Made by a program: the position numbers and the translations under genes
Shown: piece by piece, positions 47,212 through 58,896 of the stretch
How the letters are laid out: every line of letters begins with the position of its first letter
Position numbering within the stretch: the stretch's first letter is position 1
NCBI GenBank assembly: GCA_903865895.1
Contig: CAIPLM010000249.1
Coordinates: 3,032-67,031, forward strand
DNA: 64,000 nucleotides
Source of the DNA: an uncultured Rhodospirillales bacterium
GTDB taxonomy: Bacteria; Pseudomonadota; Alphaproteobacteria; Acetobacterales; Acetobacteraceae
Direction of reading: 5' to 3'
The notes under the pieces: generated by a model
What the model was told of the DNA's origin: nothing
Database searches by the model: none
The model's input: the letters and a program-made list of their open reading frames with translations, nothing else

Positions 47212-48090
47212 TTATACGTAGTTCTTGAGGAAGGCCGAGACCTGCGCCGCCATGTCCGGCCGCTTCAGCGCGAAGGCGATCTGCGCCTCGAGGAAGCCGA
47301 TCTTGTCGCCGCAATCGAAGCGGCGGCCTTCGTAGCGCAGCCCATGGAACGGCACCTGGCCGATCAGCTTGGCCATCGCGTCGGTCAACTGCACCTCGCC
47401 GCCGGCGCCGCGCTCGAGCATACCGAGATACTGCATCACCTCGGGCCGCAGCACGTAGCGGCCGATGATGGAGAGGTTGGAGGGCGCATCCTCCGGCTTC
47501 GGCTTCTCCACCAGGCCCTTGACCTCGACGAGGCGGCCGTCATCGGCGCCGATGTCGAGAATGCCGTAGCGGTTGGTCTGGTCGTGCGGCACCTCGGTGA
47601 CGGCCACCACGCAGCCGCCGGTCTGGTAATAGGCCTCGGCGAGCTGCTGGGTGCAGGGCGTCTCCGACAGCACGAGATCGTCCGGCAGCAGGATAGCGAA
47701 GGGGTCGTCGCCGACGAAAGCGCGCGCGCACCAGATGGCATGGCCGAGCCCCATCGGCTCCTGCTGGCGCACCGTCACCATGGCGCCCGGCGGCAATTGC
47801 GCCTCGCGCAGCATGCGCAGCTCGGTCTCCTTATGGCGCATCCTCAGCGTCGCCTCGAGCTCGTAGGCGATGTCGAAATGCTCGACGATCGCGGTCTTGC
47901 CGCGGCCGGTGATGAGGCAGAACTGCTGGATGCCGGCGGCGCGCGCCTCTTCGATCGCGTATTGGATCAACGGCTTATCCACCACCGGCAGCATCTCCTT
48001 GGCCATCGCCTTGGTGGCGGGCAGGAAGCGGGTGCCGAGCCCGGCGACGGGCAGGACGGCCTTGCGGAGCGGTTTGGTCACGTGGAGCAT
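47212..48090 (-). CDS. galU: UTP--glucose-1-phosphate uridylyltransferase
   Basis: [35 protein letters not shown]... is canonical GalU. Confidence 0.9.
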   Translation of the reverse strand: MLHVTKPLRKAVLPVAGLGTRFLPATKAMAKEMLPVVDKPLIQYAIEEARAAGIQQFCLITGRGKTAIVEHFDIAYELEATLRMRHKETELRMLREAQLPPGAMVTVRQQEPMGLGHAIWCARAFVGDDPFAILLPDDLVLSETPCTQQLAEAYYQTGGCVVAVTEVPHDQTNRYGILDIGADDGRLVEVKGLVEKPKPEDAPSNLSIIGRYVLRPEVMQYLGMLERGAGGEVQLTDAMAKLIGQVPFHGLRYEGRRFDCGDKIGFLEAQIAFALKRPDMAAQVSAFLKNYV

Positions 48091-48175
48091 CCTTGGTCTG
48101 TGCTGCGGCGGCAGTATTCACCACAGGCGGCCGAATTATGGCACATCCGTGTGTTAACAAAAACGTCACCCGGCA

Positions 48176-48607
48176 TCAGCCCAGCAGAACGTCTCGCGCC
48201 TGGTTGATCCGTGCGGCCAGCCAATCGGAGCCGCCGCGATCGGGGTGCGCGGCCTGCATCAGCCGGCGATGCGCGGCGCGGATGGCGGCCTCGTCAGCGC
48301 CGGGCTTCAGGCCGAGGATCTCATAGGCCTCCGCCCGGCTGATCGGGCCCGTCGGCTTGGCCGCCCCGCCCGGCTTGGCCCGCTGCTCCACCACCCAGGA
48401 CCACACCAGCGGCCCCAGCATCACCAGCGCCCAGATCGCCGTCATCCCGCGGCCGGAGAACAGCAGCATCGCGGCCAGCAGCATACCACCAATCGCGCCG
48501 GCCCAGATGCCGAGCGTCTTCAGCGTGCGGACATTGGCCTTGGAGAACATCCCCAACGCCGCCAGTACCGCGCCGAGGCACAGCGCGCCGAGAAGCAGCG
48601 CCACCAT
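48176..48607 (-). CDS. membrane-anchored J-domain protein
   Basis: Three N-terminal hydrophobic helices followed by a J-domain (AYEILGLKPGADEAAIRAAHRRLMQAAHPDRGG). Confidence 0.75.
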   Translation of the reverse strand: MVALLLGALCLGAVLAALGMFSKANVRTLKTLGIWAGAIGGMLLAAMLLFSGRGMTAIWALVMLGPLVWSWVVEQRAKPGGAAKPTGPISRAEAYEILGLKPGADEAAIRAAHRRLMQAAHPDRGGSDWLAARINQARDVLLG

Positions 48608-48611
48608 CGCC

Positions 48612-50891
<2,280 letters not shown>

Positions 50892-51012
50892 GAAACCATC
50901 CGCTCCATTTCCCGGGAATGTCGGCGCTCCAGGGCGATGATGCAAGAAAGCCGGACAGGCCGCGCCCACCATATCGCCTCCGGCGCGGCAGACTTGATCA
51001 ATTTGATAGACC

Positions 51013-51025
51013 GGAATTGAATTCC
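51013..51025. promoter_or_regulatory. perfect 6-1-6 palindrome upstream of fcl (candidate operator)
   Basis: ggaatt-g-aattcc lies in the divergent maeB/fcl intergenic region, 58 nt upstream of the fcl ATG. Confidence 0.2.
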
Positions 51026-51082
51026 CGTCCGTCGACCGGTATCGTCAGCGCAACCTAAAATTCAGTCGGGTATTGTTGCGAA

Positions 51083-52075
51083 ATGCAAAAAACTCCCCCC
51101 ACACCTGCGATGTTCGACCTGACAGGCCGCAGAATTTGGGTGGCCGGGCATGCCGGCATGGTTGGGCAAGCCATGCTGCGCAGACTTTCCGAAGAGTCTT
51201 GCGAAGTAATTACGGCCCCGCGCGACACGCTCGATCTGCGACGGCAAGCCGATGTCGAGGCGTGGCTTGATGCCCATCGCCCCGATGTGGTTGTCGTCGC
51301 CGCCGCCAGAGTCGGCGGAATCCTCGCCAACAGCACCTATCCGGCGGACTTCATCTACGACAACCTCGCCATCGCCCAGAACGTCATCCACGGCGCATGG
51401 CGTGCCGGCGTGCGGCGGCTGCTCTATCTCGGCTCATCCTGCATCTACCCGAGGCTCGCAGCGCAACCGATGACCGAAGACGCGCTGCTGACTGGCGCGC
51501 TCGAACCCACCAACGAGTGGTACGCGGTGGCCAAGATCGCCGGCCTCAAGCTCTGTCAGGCCTATCGCCGCCAGCATGGCTGCGACTTCATCAGTGCCAT
51601 GCCGACCAATCTCTACGGCATCGGCGATAATTTCGACCAGCGCGGCGGACATGTGCTGCCCGCGCTCATGGCCCGGTTCGATGCCGCACGCGAAGCCGGT
51701 GCACCGCAAGTGGCGATCTGGGGCAGTGGCCAGCCGCGCCGCGAATTTCTCTTCGTTGATGACCTCGCCGACGCACTCATCCATCTGCTGCGCCACTATG
51801 ATGGCGACGAACACATCAACATTGGCACCGGCGAGGATGTCAGCATCGCCGAGCTCGCCGCCCTGCTCGCCAGCGAGGCCGGATATGCCGGCGAGTGTGT
51901 TTTTGATCCATCGAAACCCGATGGCACACCGCGCAAGCTGCTCGATGTATCGCGACTACATGCGCTGGGCTGGCGCCACCGCACGGCGCTGCGGGATGGG
52001 GTCCGTGCGATGTACCAGTGGTATCGCGCCCAGCAGGCATCCGGCGCCCCGCTGCGCGGGGCACCCGCTACCTGA
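51083..52075 (+). CDS. fcl: GDP-L-fucose synthase (GDP-4-keto-6-deoxymannose 3,5-epimerase/4-reductase)
   Basis: RIWVAGHAGMVGQA...AAARVGGILAN...GSSCIYP...YAVAKIAG...PTNLYG is typical of Fcl/WcaG. The start could be ATG 51110. Confidence 0.9.
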   Translation: MQKTPPTPAMFDLTGRRIWVAGHAGMVGQAMLRRLSEESCEVITAPRDTLDLRRQADVEAWLDAHRPDVVVVAAARVGGILANSTYPADFIYDNLAIAQNVIHGAWRAGVRRLLYLGSSCIYPRLAAQPMTEDALLTGALEPTNEWYAVAKIAGLKLCQAYRRQHGCDFISAMPTNLYGIGDNFDQRGGHVLPALMARFDAAREAGAPQVAIWGSGQPRREFLFVDDLADALIHLLRHYDGDEHINIGTGEDVSIAELAALLASEAGYAGECVFDPSKPDGTPRKLLDVSRLHALGWRHRTALRDGVRAMYQWYRAQQASGAPLRGAPAT

Positions 52076-52604
52076 CGGCTTCGAGATTGAGGCTGACCAG
52101 CCGTCCGGCCTGCTTGTCCATATGGGGCAAGTAAGCCTGCGAATAGTCGTCCACACTCGCATGCTCGGTGGTCCGCCAGTCCCAGCGCCGAACCGTGCGG
52201 AACCCTGCCGCCTGCAATGCGGTGGTGAGCAGAGGCTCATCAAAGACCATCCTGTGATAGTCAAACCCGTTGCGCTGCCCGCCCACCATCAAGCCGATGA
52301 TATCGGACAGACCTCGCGCCAAACCGCCCTCGACGTAAAGTGCCGCGCAGCACGCGAAATCCGGCACTGCCAGCCGCAAGACCCCGCCTGGCCGCAGCAC
52401 GCGGTACCATTCGCGCAGAGCTGCCGCATATTCATGCCGTCCGAAATGCTCCAGCACATGACTGGCATAGATCATCTCGATGGTGCCATCCGCATGCGGC
52501 AAAACCCGCGCATCCGACACGTAGTCGACTCCGCTGATCGGCATGATATCGATATGCAGAAATCCATCGATTCGCTTGCCACCACAGCCGATATGCAGCT
52601 TCAC
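52068..52604 (-). CDS. class I SAM-dependent methyltransferase
   Basis: The GTG at 52604 (VKLHIGCGGKRIDGFLHID...) is preferred because the longest ORF start (52652) overlaps the upstream gene. Motif LRPGGVLRLAVPD. Its 3' end converges on and overlaps fcl by 8 nt. Confidence 0.75.
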   Translation of the reverse strand: MKLHIGCGGKRIDGFLHIDIMPISGVDYVSDARVLPHADGTIEMIYASHVLEHFGRHEYAAALREWYRVLRPGGVLRLAVPDFACCAALYVEGGLARGLSDIIGLMVGGQRNGFDYHRMVFDEPLLTTALQAAGFRTVRRWDWRTTEHASVDDYSQAYLPHMDKQAGRLVSLNLEAVR

Positions 52605-52638
52605 GAAACCACCCTCTGCGGAACCGGGCCCCGCGCCG

Positions 52639-54000
52639 TCACGATATCGCATCCCGCGATGCGACCTGCACGGCCAATTCCTGATTTACCTCAGAGATCC
52701 CGTCGTCGATATCGACCGCCGCCCGCAATGCGGCAATGGCCTCATCATGTTTGCCGCGCCCTCGCAATATGCGGGCATGGAGCATGAGCACGTATGGGTT
52801 CTCGACGTGGAGGGCCAGGATCCTCCGCATTTGGGCCTGCGCCTGGTCGAGCCGCGATTGCGATACGGCGATTCGCGCCTGCCGGATAAGGGAGTCGCTT
52901 GTCCATACCTGATGCCATTCGATCCGGCGCCGGATTTTGACCTCCGAGACCACATCGCCCACACGCGCATACTCAGCAGCCAGCAACATGGCGTTCGCAG
53001 TTGTTTGCGCCGCCCGGTACGCCGATTCGGCAAATAAAATCGCCTGCCTCGGCGAGAGCTTCGGGATGACATGCTTCAATATTGGAGCCTCGATGTCTCG
53101 TGTGAGCGTGACGTCAAGGGTTTCGCTATTGAGGATGGCGAGGCGCGCGAACAGACTGGCGCTGTATATCAGGGCGGAACAAGCGGACAGCGCCCAGGCA
53201 TCCTGTACCGCCTCGAACAGGATCTCCGGATCGTGTCCTTCGCTGGCCAGATGCTCCGCGTAATTCCGGTCCGGAAGCTTCTGCGCCAATGTGATGCAGT
53301 TCGGCAGCAGAGCCCTCATCGCCGTAACAAAACCCGCGTTGTCGCTCGCGATGAAATGGCGTGGCGCACTCCATCCCTGCGCCGCCGCTATGTCCTTTGC
53401 ATGTTGGGCATAGCGACGCTGAAGTTCCCCCAAGCGTGCCGCGTAGTCGGGGAAACTGCCGGTATCGAAGCGGCCGAGCAAATGCTCGCCATTCCCATGG
53501 CGGAAATAGATTCCGATGATCGGCCCGCCGTTGCGCAAATTGGCGATATTGGCGTCAATGCGCTCGCGCAGCCAGCCACGCAAGGCAACCCGCACCAGCG
53601 GTGGCGTCTGCCGGGCCGCTAGCGGGTATACCGAAATAAGCCACGTGCCATGCACCAGGACCACGCGCTCCGGTCTTTCCGAGGCGCGCGGCAGGTCCTC
53701 AGGATTTCTCACATGGAACTTGCTCGGGTCATCGTGCAACGCACGGACCGCTGTGGGGTTCGTCGTCACAGCGAGGTCTTTCGGTCCCTCCAAGGCGAAA
53801 CACTCGCAGAACTGCCGATGCGCATCATTGGCGAAATACTGAAAATTGGCGGCATCGATCACCAGCCCTCGACCCTCCCTTCTGGCCCACATCGCAAGAT
53901 TGAGAATGGCACTCAGGACATGGCCAAGCCCCGTGCGGCCGACCCGATACAGCACCATTCGACGCCCGTCCGCTGTCTCTCGCTGCTCAACCAGCGCCAT
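52639..54000 (-). CDS. NodZ-like (GT23) fucosyltransferase fused to C-terminal TPR-like repeats
   Basis: ATG at 54000 with GGAG 8-9 nt upstream. By eye it matches NodZ landmarks: RTGLGHVLSAILNLAMWARREGRGLVID (NodZ: RTGFGDCLWSLA...RTGRTLxIDW), GIYFRHGNGEHL (NodZ: GIHVRHGNGEDI) and FIASDNAGF. The last ~150 aa are TPR-like (...LHARILRGRGKHDEAIAALRAAVDID). Confidence 0.7.
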   Translation of the reverse strand: MALVEQRETADGRRMVLYRVGRTGLGHVLSAILNLAMWARREGRGLVIDAANFQYFANDAHRQFCECFALEGPKDLAVTTNPTAVRALHDDPSKFHVRNPEDLPRASERPERVVLVHGTWLISVYPLAARQTPPLVRVALRGWLRERIDANIANLRNGGPIIGIYFRHGNGEHLLGRFDTGSFPDYAARLGELQRRYAQHAKDIAAAQGWSAPRHFIASDNAGFVTAMRALLPNCITLAQKLPDRNYAEHLASEGHDPEILFEAVQDAWALSACSALIYSASLFARLAILNSETLDVTLTRDIEAPILKHVIPKLSPRQAILFAESAYRAAQTTANAMLLAAEYARVGDVVSEVKIRRRIEWHQVWTSDSLIRQARIAVSQSRLDQAQAQMRRILALHVENPYVLMLHARILRGRGKHDEAIAALRAAVDIDDGISEVNQELAVQVASRDAIS

Positions 54001-54260
54001 CGCCGTTCTCCCCCATGCCAAGCTTAGCCGCAGGCGCGCCGAACGCCACTTTAGCGGTGCGGCACTACCGCAATAGTGCTCTGTCGCATGCCGGCCCTCC
54101 GGCCCCACGTCAACCCGGCCCAAGCGGCCCCGACACGTCGGCGTCTGCCGCAGCAGGCTGCCATGACCATTTGCGCAATGCCGCACATGCGGAGCCATCA
54201 GCCCTATCTCCCGGCGGCGTGGTCTGCTAACACGCCGCCGCCATTCAAGGAGCAGCAACC

Positions 54261-54509
54261 ATGGCCGCCGAGAAGACCTCCATTGAGCTCGACAAGACTG
54301 AATTCGCCCTCATCGTCGGCGAAGAGGATGGCGAGATGTCCGTCCGCGTCGTCGGTGGTGCAGAGATTGCGGACGATGTCGAGGAGATGCCGGCCCCGGC
54401 CGAGATCGTGCTCGCGCTGGCGATGCGTCTGCTGCGCGATCCTGATTTCCATGACGAGGTGATCGACTGGTACTACGAGCACCAGGACGAGATGGACGAC
54501 GAGGATTGA
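54261..54509 (+). CDS. small highly acidic hypothetical protein
   Basis: Strong SD AAGGAG 8 nt upstream of the ATG. 82 aa with about 26 Asp/Glu versus 5 Lys/Arg (hand count). Confidence 0.55.
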   Translation: MAAEKTSIELDKTEFALIVGEEDGEMSVRVVGGAEIADDVEEMPAPAEIVLALAMRLLRDPDFHDEVIDWYYEHQDEMDDED

Positions 54510-54517
54510 GATCGGTT

Positions 54518-54542
54518 GCCGGCGGGGTGTAGCCCCGCCGGC
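54518..54542. terminator. 10-bp GC hairpin between convergent genes
   Basis: gccggcgggg-tgtag-ccccgccggc lies between the stops at 54509 and 54549. Confidence 0.45.
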
Positions 54543-54548
54543 ACTCCG

Positions 54549-56156
54549 TCAGGTACCGAACTTGAAGCCCGCGTAGTTGCGGGCCGCCACGTGGTTGCAG
54601 ATTTCCCGGTAGCGCAGCATGCCGCCGGCATAGGGCATGAACACGCGCGGCTTACCGGGCACGTTGGCGCCGAGGTACCAGGAATGTCCGGCCATCGGCA
54701 GTAGAGTCGCGTTGGCCGCGTCGTTGACGTGAGCCACCCACTTCTCCGCCTCTTCGTCCGATGTCTCGATGGTCGCGATGTTATTGGCGCGCAGATGGGC
54801 GATGCAGTCGGTGATCCATTCGACGTGCTGCTCGATGCAGACCGGCATGTTGCAGAGCACCGAGGGGCTGCCCGGCCCGGTGACGGTGAAGAGATTGGGG
54901 AAGCCGGCGACCTGGAGGCCGAGATAGGTCCGCGGGCCGGCGGCCCAGGCGTCCTTCAGCTTGAGCCCGTCGCGGCCCGCGATATCCATGCGCATGAACG
55001 GCCCGGTCATCGCATCGAAGCCGGTGGCGAAGACGATGATATCGAGCGGATACTCGGCCCCGCTGGTCTTCACCCCATTCGCGGTGATGCGCTCAATTGG
55101 CTTGGATCGCAGGTCCACGAGATGCACGTTGGGGCGGTTGAAGGCTTCGAAATAGAAGCTGTCGATCGGCGGGCGCTTGGCGGCGTAGGGGTGGTCGATA
55201 TCGGCCAGCGCCGCGGCGGTGGCGGGGTCTTTCACGATGCTGCGGATCTTGCCCTTGAGGAACGCAGCCGCCGTGTCATTGGCCGCCTTGTCGACCAGCA
55301 GGTCCTGGAAGGTGGCGCGAAACTGCAATCCGCCTTTCTCCCAGGCTTTTTCGTAGAGCGCCTCACGCTCCTCGGCGCTGACGTCCCATACCGAGCGCTG
55401 GGCGATCTCGAAGGGATGGCCGTTGGGGGTTCGGCGGGTGGTGTCGCGGATGTCGTCCGCGTGTTCCTTCACGTAACGCTTGAATTCCGGGCTCAGCGGC
55501 GCGTTGTGGGCCGGCACGCTATAGTTGGCGGTGCGCTGGAACACGGTGAGCTCGGCCGCCGTCTCGGCGATCACCGGCACCGCTTGGATGCCGGTGGAGC
55601 CGGTGCCGATCTGGCCGACACGCTTGCCGGTGAAATCCACCCCCTCATGCGGCCATTGGCCGGTGTGATACCAATCACCCTTGAAATCGGCGAGGCCAGG
55701 GATGTTGGGCACATTGGCGGAGGACAGGCAGCCGATGGCGGTGATCAGCCAGGTGCAGGACATTTCCTCCCCGGCCGCGGTGGTGACGTGCCAGCGATTG
55801 GCGGCCGCGTCATAGCGCGCGGCGGTCACGCGGGTGTTGAATTCGATATCACGGCGGAGGTCAAACCGGTCTGCCACGTGGTTGAGATAGCGCAGGATTT
55901 CCGGCTGCTGCGGGTAGCGCTCGGACCATTCCCACTCCTGCACCAACTCCCTGGAGAAGTAGTACTGGTAGGAGTGACTCTCGGAATCGCAGCGTGCGCC
56001 CGGGTAGCGGTTCCAGTACCAGGTGCCGCCGACGCCGTCGCCGGCTTCGAGCACGCGGGTTTTCAGGCCAAGCCGGTCACGCAGGCAGATCAGCTGATAC
56101 ATGCCGGCAAACCCGGCGCCGATGACGATGGCGTCAAACTCGGTGGTGGTCGTCAT
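54549..56156 (-). CDS. Baeyer-Villiger (flavin-containing) monooxygenase
   Basis: Internal ATG at 56156. FAD motif IVIGAGFAGM, GGTWYWNRYPGARCD, BVMO fingerprint FKGDWYHTGQWP, and a second Rossmann motif GQIGTGSTG. Confidence 0.9.
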   Translation of the reverse strand: MTTTTEFDAIVIGAGFAGMYQLICLRDRLGLKTRVLEAGDGVGGTWYWNRYPGARCDSESHSYQYYFSRELVQEWEWSERYPQQPEILRYLNHVADRFDLRRDIEFNTRVTAARYDAAANRWHVTTAAGEEMSCTWLITAIGCLSSANVPNIPGLADFKGDWYHTGQWPHEGVDFTGKRVGQIGTGSTGIQAVPVIAETAAELTVFQRTANYSVPAHNAPLSPEFKRYVKEHADDIRDTTRRTPNGHPFEIAQRSVWDVSAEEREALYEKAWEKGGLQFRATFQDLLVDKAANDTAAAFLKGKIRSIVKDPATAAALADIDHPYAAKRPPIDSFYFEAFNRPNVHLVDLRSKPIERITANGVKTSGAEYPLDIIVFATGFDAMTGPFMRMDIAGRDGLKLKDAWAAGPRTYLGLQVAGFPNLFTVTGPGSPSVLCNMPVCIEQHVEWITDCIAHLRANNIATIETSDEEAEKWVAHVNDAANATLLPMAGHSWYLGANVPGKPRVFMPYAGGMLRYREICNHVAARNYAGFKFGT

Positions 56157-56221
56157 GTCGAACGTCTTCTCCGTCGGGCCTTGATGGTCCGGCCACAGGA
56201 TTTTGCGGCGGGGCCGCGATG

Positions 56222-57649
56222 TCAACCGGCCATCAGCGCCTTGAGCCGCGCGGCGATGCCGGGCAGCGCCGCATCGAGCACGCGCCGGCCGGGCGCCACG
56301 CGATCACGGATCGCCGCCATCGCGTCGGATGCGGCGGCACGGGCGGCGGCTTCGTCGAAGGCGAGGATGCGCTTGTCGCGCATGAGCCAGGTGCCGCCCA
56401 CCATGACCGACTCCACTGCGTCGGGGCTAGCGTGTTGCACCAGGGCGGCGACCGAGGGATCGAGCGCCAGGGCGGCGGCGCCGTCGTGGCGCACCAAGGC
56501 GAGATCGGCGAGCATGCCGGGCGCGATCCGGCCGGCCTGGCCACCGAGGCCGAGCACGGCGGCGCCGGTTTCGCTCGCCATGGTCAGCACCTCGCGCGGC
56601 GTCGGCCAGGCGGTGTGATCTTGGGTGGCGACGCGGGGCAGCATCATGGCGAGGCGCATGATTTCGAACATGTCGGCGCGCCCGCCGGTATTGGCGGAAT
56701 CGCTGCCGAGGGCGGTGGCGAGGCCGAGGCGGCGATGGGCCAGCAGGTCCATCACGCCGCTGCCCAGCATCAGGTTGCTGGCGGGGTTGTGCACCACCAC
56801 CGCGCCGGCCTCGGCGAGGCGGCCGCGCTCGGCCTCGGTGAGCCACACGCCATGGGCGGCGGCGAGGCCGGGGCGCAGCAGGTCCTGCCGCGCCATTTCG
56901 GCGACCAACCCGCCCTCCCAGTCCCGCGCGCCAATCATCGCCTGGGCACGGGTTTCCATGAGGTGGAGATGCACGCGCACGTCGTGGCGCTCTTGCAGCC
57001 TCCGCCACAGCGCCCAGGCCTCCGGTGTGCAGCGCTGCGGGGCGTTGGGGCCGAGTTGCACCTGAACCCGGCCGGAGCCGGCGCTGGCGGCGCCATGGGC
57101 CTCGGCGAAGCGTGCGGCGTAGGCACGCGCATCGAGCCGCGGCAGGGCGCCGGCCATGGCGGCGACCTCGGGCGGCAGGTCGAGCTTCAGCAGGTCGTAG
57201 TCCGAGATATCATGCAGGAAGGCGGCGTAGCCGACGCGCAGGCCGGATTGCTCATGCGCGGCGATCGCCTCCCGCCACAGGCCGACATAGGGGGTATGGT
57301 CGACCACCCCGGTGATCCCCGCGCGAATGCGCTCGGCCGCCCCCAGCAGGATGGCGGCGCGGATCGCCTCGGCATCGAAAGCGCGGCCGTAGAGCACGGT
57401 GTAGAGCGCCCAAAGCTCCAGTGGCAGGGCGTTCTCGGTGCCGCGCAGCAGCGACGAATAGCCATGGGCGTGGGCGTCGATGAGGCCGGGGATCAGCCAG
57501 CACCCCGCTGCATCCACCACCTCCCGGGCGCGATGGCGCAATTGCGCGGCCTCGCCGATGGCGGCAATGCGGTCGCCCTCCACCAGCACCGCGCCGGGGG
57601 CGAAGCCTTGCTCGCCCAGCACCAGCGCATTGGCGATCAGCACGCTCAT
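56222..57649 (-). CDS. amidohydrolase family protein (deaminase/chlorohydrolase-like)
   Basis: LIPGLIDAHAHG metal-binding HxH motif. 475 aa. 4-nt overlap with the ferredoxin gene. Confidence 0.85.
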   Translation of the reverse strand: MSVLIANALVLGEQGFAPGAVLVEGDRIAAIGEAAQLRHRAREVVDAAGCWLIPGLIDAHAHGYSSLLRGTENALPLELWALYTVLYGRAFDAEAIRAAILLGAAERIRAGITGVVDHTPYVGLWREAIAAHEQSGLRVGYAAFLHDISDYDLLKLDLPPEVAAMAGALPRLDARAYAARFAEAHGAASAGSGRVQVQLGPNAPQRCTPEAWALWRRLQERHDVRVHLHLMETRAQAMIGARDWEGGLVAEMARQDLLRPGLAAAHGVWLTEAERGRLAEAGAVVVHNPASNLMLGSGVMDLLAHRRLGLATALGSDSANTGGRADMFEIMRLAMMLPRVATQDHTAWPTPREVLTMASETGAAVLGLGGQAGRIAPGMLADLALVRHDGAAALALDPSVAALVQHASPDAVESVMVGGTWLMRDKRILAFDEAAARAAASDAMAAIRDRVAPGRRVLDAALPGIAARLKALMAG

Positions 57650-57972
57650 CGCTTGGGATGGGCGGCGACGACGGGGTGATCGAGCGTGGTGGTGAATTTC
57701 GGCGAAGCGCCGCCGGGTTCGCCCCAGCCGGTGACCTCCGGCCCGAAGAATTCGCGATTGACGGCGAGGAAATGCGCCTCGCCGGCCGGCAGCAGCGCCT
57801 CCTCAAAAATCGCCTCCACCGGGCAGAAGGAGAGGCACACGCCGCAATCGATGCACTCATCCGGCTGAATGTAGAGCATCCGCCCGCCGACATAGATGCA
57901 ATCGACCGGGCAGGCGTGCACGCAGGCGCCGTCCTTCACGTCGATGCAGGCTGTGGTGATGATGTGGGGCAT
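57646..57972 (-). CDS. 7Fe-type ferredoxin ([3Fe-4S] + [4Fe-4S])
   Basis: Cx7Cx3CP (CIDVKDGACVHACP) followed by Cx2Cx2Cx3CP (CIDCGVCLSFCP). Confidence 0.9.
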   Translation of the reverse strand: MPHIITTACIDVKDGACVHACPVDCIYVGGRMLYIQPDECIDCGVCLSFCPVEAIFEEALLPAGEAHFLAVNREFFGPEVTGWGEPGGASPKFTTTLDHPVVAAHPKR

Positions 57973-57976
57973 CAGA

Positions 57977-58112
57977 GGGAAGGAAGGCCTTCTTTTTCTG
58001 AAGAAAAAGAAGCAAAAAGACTTTTATCAGTGGCTTCGCGTTCTCCCGGGACAGCGCGAAGCCAAACGGATAAAAGTTTTTTGGTTCTTTTTTTCAAAAA
58101 AGAACACCCTTT
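57977..58112 (+). repeat. AT-rich composite palindromic intergenic element, copy 3 (inside an operon)
   Basis: Occupies the 150-nt gap between the ferredoxin start (57972) and the crotonase stop (58123). It has the same left core (cttctttttctgaagaaaaagaagcaaaaagacttttatc) and right core (aagttttttggttctttttttcaaaaaagaac) as copy 2. Central hairpin: ggcttcgcg...cgcgaagcc around cccggg. Confidence 0.85.
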
Positions 58113-58122
58113 CTTGTCCATG

Positions 58123-58896
58123 TCAGGTCCCCGTCCAAACCGGCGCCCGCTTCTCCCGAAACGCCCGCACCCCCTCCTCGCCGTCCTTGCTCGACAGGCA
58201 GGCAACGAGTGCCGGCAGCCGCTGCTCGCGGGCTTCCTGTGCGGTCAGATGCGCGGTGCGACGCACCGTCTGCTTGATCGCGCGCAGCGAGAGCGGCGCA
58301 CAGGCCAGAATCTCAGCAAGCCAGCGATCGACCGCGGCGTCGAGCTCGGCGCGGGGGACGACCTCGTTGACCAGCCCGAGCGCTTTCAGCTCGGCCGCCT
58401 TGGCGCGGCGGCCCGTCAGCAGCATGCCCATGGCGAGGTGGTGCGGGATTTGCCGTTGCAGCAGCACCATGCCGCCATCGAGCGGCAGGCGGCCGACGCG
58501 GGGTTCGGGCAGGCCGAAGGTGGCCTCCTCGGCGGCGATGATGATGTCGCAGCCCAGCACCATCTCGAACCCGCCCCCCAGGGCGTGGCCGTTGACGCGG
58601 GCGATCACCGGCACGTCCAGCGTGGTGCGCAGCGCGATGCCGCCGAAGCCGTTTGGGTTGCCCTCCGCCCAGTATTCCAGGCCGGACTTCTCGACGTTCT
58701 TCATGTCCGAGCCGACGCAGAAGGCGCGCTCGCCGGCGCCGCTCAGCACCACCGCGCGTACATCCGGATTGGCCTCGATCTGCCGCCAGATCGCCTCCAG
58801 CGCCTGGTCGGTGGTGATGTCGAGCGCGTTCATCACCGCGGGGCGGTCGATGGTGACACGGGCGACGTGGTTGGTGATCTCGAGGCGGACGCTCAT
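58123..58896 (-). CDS. enoyl-CoA hydratase/isomerase (crotonase) family
   Basis: VARVTIDRPAVMNAL...LSGAGERAFCVGSDM...NGHALGGGFE is crotonase fold. Confidence 0.9.
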   Translation of the reverse strand: MSVRLEITNHVARVTIDRPAVMNALDITTDQALEAIWRQIEANPDVRAVVLSGAGERAFCVGSDMKNVEKSGLEYWAEGNPNGFGGIALRTTLDVPVIARVNGHALGGGFEMVLGCDIIIAAEEATFGLPEPRVGRLPLDGGMVLLQRQIPHHLAMGMLLTGRRAKAAELKALGLVNEVVPRAELDAAVDRWLAEILACAPLSLRAIKQTVRRTAHLTAQEAREQRLPALVACLSSKDGEEGVRAFREKRAPVWTGT

